The notes under the pieces are model-generated. The model made no database searches. It worked only from the letters and a program-made list of their open reading frames with translations, and had not been told where the DNA came from. DNA of 50,577 nucleotides from Mariprofundaceae bacterium (lineage in GTDB: Bacteria > Pseudomonadota > Zetaproteobacteria > Mariprofundales > Mariprofundaceae): positions 1 through 50,577 of the forward strand of contig JBHHXG010000001.1 in assembly GCA_046756985.1 (NCBI GenBank), written 5' to 3'. The translations under genes were made by a program, and so were the position numbers. Of this stretch, positions 19,954-27,452 are shown in pieces. The stretch's first letter is position 1, and each line of letters opens with the position of its first letter.

Positions 19954-20352
19954 ATGCATAAGGATAAACAGGCGGAAACAGAAAACAGTGAGTTGCATGC
20001 CCGCCGCAAGCTGCTGAAGATGGCCGCCTATGTGCCCCCAGCTATTCTCGGCGTGATGATCGCCGGCAACAAACCAGCCATGGCGGGCAAGCCACCGATT
20101 CCGGGTTCAACCAAGGTCTGCAAGGGTGGTGGCACCATTGTAATTTCTGCCGGCGGCACCGCGTGTTGTCCCTGTGTACCTACCGATCCGAAATATGACC
20201 CTTACAAGTGCGCATTGAAGAAGTGTCAGCTGGGCAATTGTGCTGCCTGTCCGGCCGTATTTGTGAAAAAGAAACACTGTCAGATCGCCGCCGCTGCATG
20301 CGGCTGCACCTGTGTTAAGGATCCCGTGACCAAGCTCTGGAGCTGCAATTAG
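19954..20352 (+). CDS. Cys-rich precursor peptide/miniprotein with twin-arginine-type signal peptide (132 aa)
   Basis: GAGGTG Shine-Dalgarno 5 nt before ATG 19954. N-terminus HARRKLLK, a 16-residue hydrophobic stretch, then NKPAMA|G. The C-terminal 88 aa carry 13 Cys (CCPC, CALKKCQLGNCAAC, CGCTC). Lies immediately upstream of a radical SAM gene. Confidence 0.75.
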   Translation: MHKDKQAETENSELHARRKLLKMAAYVPPAILGVMIAGNKPAMAGKPPIPGSTKVCKGGGTIVISAGGTACCPCVPTDPKYDPYKCALKKCQLGNCAACPAVFVKKKHCQIAAAACGCTCVKDPVTKLWSCN

Positions 20353-20369
20353 TCCTGCATTGACTATCT

Positions 20370-21530
20370 ATGCCGCACATCGCTAACTCTGTACCGGCAA
20401 TGCAATCATCGCCGCTACCGCTGTTTCTTCCCAATGGACAAGCCCTGCTGCTGCAAGCACTGGATGGGCATGTACTGAATCTGACTGGTACAGGCGAAAC
20501 CGCCCGCATAGACGGCTCGCTCGCGACCAGTGTTTCGGCATTAGCCCATGGCAAGGCGGAGACCAGAGACCGGCAACGCCTTGCCGTCCTTGAACGCCAG
20601 CATGCCTGGCTGCAGGGCCTGAGCCGGGCACAAACGACGCCGCCGCAGGGCCTTGCCCGCACACTGCTTCGCTCAGAACTGGGTATGCTATTTGTCGAAG
20701 TCACGGCAAAATGCAATGAGCGCTGCATCCATTGTTATGCCGATTCCGACCCGGATCGGACCGACTTTCTGAGCCTTGATGAAATCATCGCTGCACTGGA
20801 TCAGGCGCGTGAGTTTGGACGCGCCTTTGTCCAGTTTACCGGCGGCGATCCGCTGCTTCATTCACAGCTTCCCGAGGCTGTTGCACATGCTGCCGGGCTC
20901 GATTTTGACGGCATTGAAATCTATACAAACGGCCTGTTGCTCAATGACCGTCTGCTCGACAAACTTGCCGAATACCAGCCGCGCTTTTCGTTCTCAATTT
21001 ACGGCGATTTGCCGGATATTCATGATGCCATTACTAAGGTTCCGGGCAGCTGGAGGCGCACGCTCGACGCCATGCGACGTGCCATGCAAGCCGGACTTGA
21101 AGTCCGTGCAGGAATTGCGCTGATGCCCGAGAACATTGCCCGCGCCGAACATATGAGCGCTTTCCTTGAAAACGAACTGGGCCTGGATGAGCGCCAAATC
21201 CGTTTTGACCCGGTCAAACAGACCGGCCGTGGTCGTTTTATGGACGAAGTCACGCAGGTGCTGGTTTCACCAAACGCGCACAGCAGCAACAAGGGCTCCC
21301 GCGGCAAGCTCTGCATCAGTGCGGATGGCAATGTTTACCCCTGCATCTTCGCCCGCCACAATGTACTCGGAAATGTTCGTCAGCAGCCGCTTGCAACCAT
21401 CATGACTGCGCTGGACAGCCGTCCCCCCGTCGTACCTTCGCCTGAACGCTGGCAGCGGTGTCAACAATCGTTAAGCTGTGGCGATTGCCAGATCATTTCC
21501 TACATCATCGGAGAAGATGGCCATGAATGA
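20370..21530 (+). CDS. Radical SAM peptide-modifying enzyme with abbreviated SPASM/twitch C-terminus
   Basis: 386 aa. CNERCIHC (CxxxCxxC) at about residue 115, GGDPLL SAM-binding motif. C-terminal Cys motifs are CISADGNVYPC then CQQSLSCGDC. The N-terminal start is uncertain (20370 or 20400). Confidence 0.85.
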   Translation: MPHIANSVPAMQSSPLPLFLPNGQALLLQALDGHVLNLTGTGETARIDGSLATSVSALAHGKAETRDRQRLAVLERQHAWLQGLSRAQTTPPQGLARTLLRSELGMLFVEVTAKCNERCIHCYADSDPDRTDFLSLDEIIAALDQAREFGRAFVQFTGGDPLLHSQLPEAVAHAAGLDFDGIEIYTNGLLLNDRLLDKLAEYQPRFSFSIYGDLPDIHDAITKVPGSWRRTLDAMRRAMQAGLEVRAGIALMPENIARAEHMSAFLENELGLDERQIRFDPVKQTGRGRFMDEVTQVLVSPNAHSSNKGSRGKLCISADGNVYPCIFARHNVLGNVRQQPLATIMTALDSRPPVVPSPERWQRCQQSLSCGDCQIISYIIGEDGHE

Positions 21531-21816
21531 AATGACCGCTATCAAGGTTCCACAGCATCCAAAAAAGAAAGATGGCCTGATCGCTGAAGAGCTGGAAGGC
21601 ATGGATGAAGTAATTTTTGTAGACACTGAGTCAGGCTCAAACTTTTCGCTGAACACCATGGCCTCAGCCATTCTGGAGCTTTGTGACGGCGAACATACGG
21701 CAGACGACATTGCTACGCTGGTCTGTGATACATTCAACGGTGATATGCAGCAAATCAGCAAGGATACGCGTGCCATACTGATGGAGTTTGCCGCCTACGG
21801 CCTGTTCGCCGAATAA
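21523..21816 (+). CDS. PqqD-family protein (RiPP recognition element-like peptide chaperone)
   Basis: About 97 aa. LIAEELEGMDEVIFVDTESGSNFSLNTMASAILELCDGEHTADDI fits the PqqD fold pattern. Candidate starts at 21517/21523/21532 overlap the radical SAM stop (21528-21530). GGAG at 21509-21512. Confidence 0.8.
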   Translation: MNEMTAIKVPQHPKKKDGLIAEELEGMDEVIFVDTESGSNFSLNTMASAILELCDGEHTADDIATLVCDTFNGDMQQISKDTRAILMEFAAYGLFAE

Positions 21817-21817
21817 T

Positions 21818-22666
21818 ATGGCATGGAAACACGCCTTTCGTGTCGGTCATGTCACTGTCGGCATTGTTTCAGAGCATCCCGGGTGCAGTGATATCATTCG
21901 AACACTGATTTGCCTCTATGCAGAGACAAATGCCTCACCTGATATTCCGTTTTTCATTCGCTGCAAGGGCGATACAATCGAGCTGGCCGTGGATGACACG
22001 GTACTGTGGTCAGGTACGGATGCAGGCGAAATCGTGGCGGGCTTTGAGGTGCATCTTTATACCCGCATCCTGCAGCATCTGTCGCCTGCCTATAGCTCAA
22101 TCCATGCCTCAGCCATCAATATCGGCAACCAAGCCTGTATCTTTGCGGGCGAATCCAATGCCGGCAAAAGTAGCCTGTGTACAGCGGCTTTGCTGGATGG
22201 GGCGGACTATTTATCAGACGAATTCGCCTTACTGGATGAAAACGGCCTGATCGAGCCGTTCCCGCGTCCGTTGCAATGGGGAAAGGCCCGACATCCGGCC
22301 TTTCCCCACCATGCCATGCTTTCTGGTCATTTGTTTGCGAAAGCATATTTCCGCTTCCCCGATCATCAGGGAAAAACCGTCTGCAATCTGCTGTGGCTTC
22401 CAGCCAATGTTGAACATCAAGCGCTGCCATTGCGCTACCTATTGCTGCCGTGCTACCGGCGTAATGCACCACCTGCCGAATTAACGTCCATCCGCCGCGG
22501 CGAGGCATTGATGGCACTTCCCGAACATCTGCATCATCGCGATACGCCCGAAGCCATGTTAAAAACACTGAATCACCGCCTGCCAGAAGCCACCGAGTTT
22601 TTCCGCCTCGAATTTTCCGATGCGCATGCTGCTTACAAGGCGGTCAAGCAACACCTTTGTGCCTGA
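21818..22666 (+). CDS. HPr kinase/phosphorylase C-terminal-domain-like P-loop protein (HprK-related)
   Basis: 282 aa from the ATG 1 nt after the PqqD stop. P-loop GESNAGKSS followed by YLSDEFALLD, as in the HprK catalytic domain. Confidence 0.75.
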   Translation: MAWKHAFRVGHVTVGIVSEHPGCSDIIRTLICLYAETNASPDIPFFIRCKGDTIELAVDDTVLWSGTDAGEIVAGFEVHLYTRILQHLSPAYSSIHASAINIGNQACIFAGESNAGKSSLCTAALLDGADYLSDEFALLDENGLIEPFPRPLQWGKARHPAFPHHAMLSGHLFAKAYFRFPDHQGKTVCNLLWLPANVEHQALPLRYLLLPCYRRNAPPAELTSIRRGEALMALPEHLHHRDTPEAMLKTLNHRLPEATEFFRLEFSDAHAAYKAVKQHLCA

Positions 22667-23846
22667 CCCTGCCAATCTTCCAGACGCGTACAATGCTGCG
22701 CCAGAGCAGCGTCAGGCTGGCATGCAAATCACGCCCGTCCCATGCACCTAGACTCGCATCCAAGGCCCTGTCCCGATAACGGCGTAAGGCAGCGGTAATC
22801 ATGCTGATCTTGCGCCATAGGCCATGACAGCGTGAGGCATCTGCATCCCAATCCGGATCATGATAACAGGTGCCAATTATGCGCGTATATTCGGCTCTTG
22901 ATCGTTGCAGACAGGCCTCATCCAGTTGGGCATCTTCGGCGCACATCCTGTAATAGGCCTGCAGGAACCCTGCTCCGTCGGCCTCGGCCAGACATGTCCA
23001 GCCCGACAGGCGGGGGTTGATTTCCAGCAATTGCCATTCTCCGTTGGCATCCTGTTTGCATTCCACTTCGGCAAAGCCCTTCCAGCCAAGATGGCTCAAC
23101 AGCTCGCATGCGCCTGCATACAGCTCCGGAATCCATTCGGCCTTCGCTGCGGTGGTCTCGCCAAATGGACCATGGTGTGTTTGTGCCACCCGCTGGCGAC
23201 GACCGGTAAAGCCGCGTACCGGCCGCCCATTGTCATCAAACAGTACAATGGCTGAGGCCATACGTTCTGTTTCTCCTGCAATATAACTTTGGACGATTTC
23301 CATCTGCTCGCCATGACCTGCTTCAATCATCGGCTGCAGAAATTTTCTGAGCGCCCCTGCATCATCAAAGCGGACAAAACCATTCCTGCGGGTCTTGATG
23401 ACAACCGGAAAGGCGCAACCGCACTTTTCGTCATACAGCTCCTGCATGCTGATGACTTCGCAATCGGGCATGCGGATGATCCCTTGCGGTTGCAATTCAT
23501 GCGTCGTGATTGCCCGTCTGACCGTTTCTTGATCGGCTGAGAGAAAACGCATGCCAATATTGCGCAGCAAAGGCGCATATTCAGCCGTAAATTCCGCCAT
23601 ATCATCAACACATGGCAGCCATACGCCTTGCAGGCCTGATTTTTTCAGATTCATCGCATAGACGCCGTTGACCACCTCACCCAGGCACGGAAGTTCCACA
23701 GCTTTCTGGATATAGCGGCTTTTTTTCACCCATGGCTCCATCGGCCAACTGGTACCAATCACCGGAATGCCGGCACGCCCTGCTGCCTGTGCCAGAGCAA
23801 ACATCTGCGAATCCTGCAAATCGTGAATGACCATCGGCATGCTCAT
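22644..23846 (-). CDS. ATP-grasp superfamily ligase (COG3919-like)
   Basis: 400 aa from MSMPMVIHD. FPVVIKTRRNG, VQSYIAGE and LLEINPRLSG are ATP-grasp signatures. The start ATG overlaps the MFS stop (ATGA). The 3' end overlaps the HprK-like gene convergently by 23 nt. Confidence 0.8.
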   Translation of the reverse strand: MSMPMVIHDLQDSQMFALAQAAGRAGIPVIGTSWPMEPWVKKSRYIQKAVELPCLGEVVNGVYAMNLKKSGLQGVWLPCVDDMAEFTAEYAPLLRNIGMRFLSADQETVRRAITTHELQPQGIIRMPDCEVISMQELYDEKCGCAFPVVIKTRRNGFVRFDDAGALRKFLQPMIEAGHGEQMEIVQSYIAGETERMASAIVLFDDNGRPVRGFTGRRQRVAQTHHGPFGETTAAKAEWIPELYAGACELLSHLGWKGFAEVECKQDANGEWQLLEINPRLSGWTCLAEADGAGFLQAYYRMCAEDAQLDEACLQRSRAEYTRIIGTCYHDPDWDADASRCHGLWRKISMITAALRRYRDRALDASLGAWDGRDLHASLTLLWRSIVRVWKIGRVRHKGVA

Positions 23847-24979
23847 GGTTTTGTGGGTAACCCCCTGACCAGAAACATACCCAACAGGGCCATAGCTGCA
23901 CAGACGTAGAACGCGGCTGAATAACCCGAAGACTCGGCAATCACACCGCATCCCATGATACCCACAGCGCTGCCCAAACCAAAGCCGGATGCTGAATACC
24001 AGCCTTGCGCGGTGGCATGTCTGCCAGCCGGCGCCAGACGCTTGACCCATGTCACGGCGGAAAGATGAAAGGCTGCAAAGCTGGCTGCATGCAGAAGCTG
24101 CAGCAGGATAAGAGGCAACCAGTGCTCAAACAAACCAATGCCAAGCCAGCGCAATGAAGCCAGCAGTAAACTGCCGCCCAACACCCAGGCCGGTGCGGCC
24201 CGCTGCAACCGCCCACCCCACATCCACATCAGCACTATCTCGGCCAGCACACCTAGAACCCAGAAGGTGCCGATCTGCCAACCGAAATAACCAATCTCGA
24301 CAAGATAAAGACTATAAAAACCGTAATAGGCGCCATGCGAGACCTGCATGACAAAACTGGCTGCCAAAAGTGCGAAGAACGGCGAGCTAAACCCGGTTTG
24401 CACGCCATCCGGAAGGGTTTCTGCGTCGCTATGATCAGGAAATCCGCGCGCCGCCATTGCGGTCACAAACATCAGGCCAGCCAGCCAGTACGGAAACTGC
24501 TCCATGGCGACACCAGCCAGCCAGACCCCTCCCGCCAGAGACGCCGCAACAAATCCAACCGACCCCCAGACGCGCAAGCGGCCGTAATCGGCAAGGGCGG
24601 CTTCGGATACCGATACCGACAGCCCATCGGTCAACGGCAAGATGGCCGCCCACAATACTCCAAATATGAATATAACCGTCGCCAGCAGGTACAGATCATG
24701 CACATAGGCCATGCCCACGGCAAAGGCAGCTGCCACAACCGATGCCAGAACGATAAAGCGTTGCGACTGCTTGCCGCTGCTTCGATCCAGCACATGACCT
24801 GCCCATGGTGGCGCGATGACTTTGGCTGCTGCCAGCAGGCCAGTCATAATACCAATGGCGCTGACATCCAGCCCCTGATCCGCCAGATAAACGGGAAAAT
24901 AGGGAAGAATCAGCCCCATCGCGGCAAAATAGGCAGCGTAAAAAAGCCGGATGTGGTGCAATGAGACTGAGCTAACCAT
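23843..24979 (-). CDS. MFS transporter (MFS_1_like / HcaT-type, 12 TM)
   Basis: 378 aa. N-terminus RLFYAAYFAAMGLILPYFPVYLADQGL and about 12 hydrophobic helices. Confidence 0.85.
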   Translation of the reverse strand: MVSSVSLHHIRLFYAAYFAAMGLILPYFPVYLADQGLDVSAIGIMTGLLAAAKVIAPPWAGHVLDRSSGKQSQRFIVLASVVAAAFAVGMAYVHDLYLLATVIFIFGVLWAAILPLTDGLSVSVSEAALADYGRLRVWGSVGFVAASLAGGVWLAGVAMEQFPYWLAGLMFVTAMAARGFPDHSDAETLPDGVQTGFSSPFFALLAASFVMQVSHGAYYGFYSLYLVEIGYFGWQIGTFWVLGVLAEIVLMWMWGGRLQRAAPAWVLGGSLLLASLRWLGIGLFEHWLPLILLQLLHAASFAAFHLSAVTWVKRLAPAGRHATAQGWYSASGFGLGSAVGIMGCGVIAESSGYSAAFYVCAAMALLGMFLVRGLPTKP

Positions 24980-25053
24980 ATGGCAAGCATAACGGGGTGG
25001 ACGTGACTGTCACTGCCGCTTGCAGCACAAGCCCCTTCTGCACATATTAACGT

Positions 25054-26079
25054 ATGCCAAGCCGCTTTCTTGCCCTGCTGATCTCATGCCCATTGATGCT
25101 TCTGACTGCCTGCGGCAATGGCCATGGCCTGAATATGGCACTCGGATGGAAGGCTGAAATCATCACGGAATGGGATGATTTCCTGCCAGATATGCTGGTC
25201 CTTTCGGATGACGGACGATTTCTGTTCGCCAGCTGTGAAACCAGAGCCAATATGCTTTCACCATCGCTGGCCCGTATTGATCTGACAACAGGCACAGCAG
25301 ATATTTTGCTGTATGGCCTCGAACGTGCCGACGGACTGAAGCTGGATCAGGGCGGCAGCCTGTGGCTTGGCGAGGAAAGCAGCGATGGATTGATCTGGAA
25401 AGTCCCCGATCCTCACGCTTTTCCCGCCGGGCAGCGTATCGACCGTGTCCGCCTGACCCGAAGCAATAGCACTGTTACGCCTGTCCTTGAAGCCGGGCGG
25501 TTTGCACACGAAGGACTCTCGTTTTCAAGGAATGGCACTTATCTCTACCTTGCCGATGAGTGGATCGAAGGCTGCCTGTACCGGCTGAGTCTGCAAAGCT
25601 GGCAATTACAGGTGCTGCACAAATCCAGCGGGTGGCTTGATATCAACAGGACAGAAGAAGCGCGCCTATATGCTGAGAAAAGACATGGCCGTATCTTCAG
25701 GCGGCTGGAGGACATGGAAATGCTGCCGGATGGCCGCATTCTTCTAGCCGAAACAGGCGCCGGGGCTGAAGCCGGCCGCATTCTAGTGCTGGATGACCGG
25801 GGAGTTGCCCCTGCTATCTCAGTTTTTCTCGAGGATGCCCGCCTGCATCATCCGGACAATCTCGAATGGGACAGCAAACGAAACTGGCTGTGGATCACTG
25901 ACGACGATGAGCCTTCTGCCTTGTGGGTCTGGAATGGCAAGGACCTGCAGCGCATCGCCATGCATGACCATGCCGAAATCACCGGTGTGGAAAGCGCTAC
26001 CAACGGCGACATCTATATCAACCTACAACACCGCCGCTTCGGCTCCGACCTGACATTACGGCTGATACGGACGCACTGA
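25054..26079 (+). CDS. Lipoprotein, predicted beta-propeller fold
   Basis: 341 aa. Lipobox LLTAC. Repeated Asp/Gly/Trp-rich blade-like segments (DGRFLF, GSLWLGEE, GTYLYLADE, DGRILLAE, NWLWITDDD). Confidence 0.6.
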   Translation: MPSRFLALLISCPLMLLTACGNGHGLNMALGWKAEIITEWDDFLPDMLVLSDDGRFLFASCETRANMLSPSLARIDLTTGTADILLYGLERADGLKLDQGGSLWLGEESSDGLIWKVPDPHAFPAGQRIDRVRLTRSNSTVTPVLEAGRFAHEGLSFSRNGTYLYLADEWIEGCLYRLSLQSWQLQVLHKSSGWLDINRTEEARLYAEKRHGRIFRRLEDMEMLPDGRILLAETGAGAEAGRILVLDDRGVAPAISVFLEDARLHHPDNLEWDSKRNWLWITDDDEPSALWVWNGKDLQRIAMHDHAEITGVESATNGDIYINLQHRRFGSDLTLRLIRTH

Positions 26080-26687
26080 TGGAAGAGTGGCTGCAAATCG
26101 TTATCCGGCAGATCACGCTGTACAGTCTTCCAGTTGTGATATCCCTGTCGCTAATTGGCATGTTCGAAGCATGGCGCGCAATCCCCGAAGCATCATCCGA
26201 CCATCCGTTTTTCGCCCTGGCCTGGCAAGGAAGCTGGATGCCACTGTTGGCATCCATCGCCTTTACACGCGCAGTCATCATCGCCTTGCCACGACCCATG
26301 AACCATCATCCGCGTGCAGCCGCCAGGCGTTGTCTGGGACATATTGTACTGTGCATTGCAGGCTGGCTGATGTATGCATGGGCGCTTGGCCATCAGCCTC
26401 CGGCAGGCCTGCCCCCTTTACACCACTGGTGGGCCAAGGTCTTCATGTTTTTTAATCTGTGCATGGCCTTGATGCACCTGTTGCCGCTGCCTGGCATGTG
26501 GCTGGGTGAAATGCTGTTGGCATCCAGATTTGGAGCACCATTCTCGATGTATATAACCAGCCGGCGCAGCGTCTGGTTATATGCCCTGCTGGCGGCATCC
26601 CCGTTGCTTGATATGTCGGTCGGAGCGATTGCGATCTTTCCGGTTTACGAAGCCATGGCAGATGCCGCCTTCCATCTGGCATCCTGA
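26079..26687 (+). CDS. Membrane protein, degenerate site-2-protease (M50)-like
   Basis: 202 aa, about 6 TM. FFNLCMALMHLLPLPGMWLGEM resembles the M50 NxxxxxxNLLPxxPLDGG helix, but FEAWRA sits where HExxH is expected. TGATG overlap with the upstream lipoprotein gene. Confidence 0.5.
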   Translation: MEEWLQIVIRQITLYSLPVVISLSLIGMFEAWRAIPEASSDHPFFALAWQGSWMPLLASIAFTRAVIIALPRPMNHHPRAAARRCLGHIVLCIAGWLMYAWALGHQPPAGLPPLHHWWAKVFMFFNLCMALMHLLPLPGMWLGEMLLASRFGAPFSMYITSRRSVWLYALLAASPLLDMSVGAIAIFPVYEAMADAAFHLAS

Positions 26688-26696
26688 GATGGCGGC

Positions 26697-27452
26697 TCAT
26701 TCACACTTGGTTCGCCAGTCCACCCGTGACGCCACGACATCGCCAATGACTACAATGGCCGGGGATTGTGCTGTCAAATTTCCATCCAGCACGTCGGCAA
26801 GCGTGCCTGATGTGATCTCTTCCTGCGGCCATGTGGCGGCATAAATCACCGCAACTGGCGTCATCGTATTCAGGCCGGCTTCCAGCAGTCGCTGGCTAAT
26901 ATCGGGCAGAGAACGAGCGCCCATATAAAAGACCAGCACAGGAAAGGCCGCAACCATGGCCTTCCAGTCGATACGGCTTTCTTTACTGGCTTCATGGCCT
27001 GTCAGAAAGGCCAGTGTGCTGTTTACCGAACGATCCGTCAGGGGAATCCCCGCCATGGCCGGGGCGGCCATGCCCGAAGTGATACCGGGAATCACACGAA
27101 AACGGATACCGGCTTTTGCCAGTGTTCTGATTTCTTCGCCGCCGCGGCCAAACACAAACGGGTCGCCCCCTTTGAGACGAACCACCCGTTTATCCTCGTT
27201 CGCCAGTTCGATCAGTGTATCACAAATGTCAGCCTGATCCGCTGATTCCCTGCCGCCACGCTTTCCGGCCGGAATCAACTCGGCACCAATCGCAGCCAGA
27301 TTCAGCACCTCTTCGGACACCAGCGCGTCAAAAACGATGGCATCGCAATCACCAATCAGCTTGGCCGCCGCCAGCGTCAGTAAATCCGCAGCACCCGGCC
27401 CTGAACCGACCAGCGCCACCTCCCCGGGGCCCAACGAATCAGACAGCTTCAT
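26697..27452 (-). CDS. cobA: Uroporphyrinogen-III C-methyltransferase (SUMT)
   Basis: 251 aa. VALVGSGPGAADLLTL, RLKGGDPFVFGRGGEE and VIPGITS are canonical TP-methylase motifs. Confidence 0.92.
   Translation of the reverse strand: MKLSDSLGPGEVALVGSGPGAADLLTLAAAKLIGDCDAIVFDALVSEEVLNLAAIGAELIPAGKRGGRESADQADICDTLIELANEDKRVVRLKGGDPFVFGRGGEEIRTLAKAGIRFRVIPGITSGMAAPAMAGIPLTDRSVNSTLAFLTGHEASKESRIDWKAMVAAFPVLVFYMGARSLPDISQRLLEAGLNTMTPVAVIYAATWPQEEITSGTLADVLDGNLTAQSPAIVVIGDVVASRVDWRTKCE

Noticed and set aside
18718-22666. Idea that the PqqD / HprK-like / nucleotidyltransferase genes mark a lasso-peptide cluster
   Set aside because: No Asn-synthetase-like lasso cyclase and no transglutaminase-like leader protease lies anywhere in the window. 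The only candidate substrate is 132 aa, Cys-rich and paired with a radical SAM enzyme.
23847-24050. 68-codon N-terminal extension of the ATP-grasp ORF (track 22644-24050)
   Set aside because: The extension lies entirely inside the MFS transporter gene in another frame and is Arg/Cys/Gly-rich. The ATG at 23846 gives an ATGA junction with the MFS stop and a sensible ATP-grasp N-terminus.
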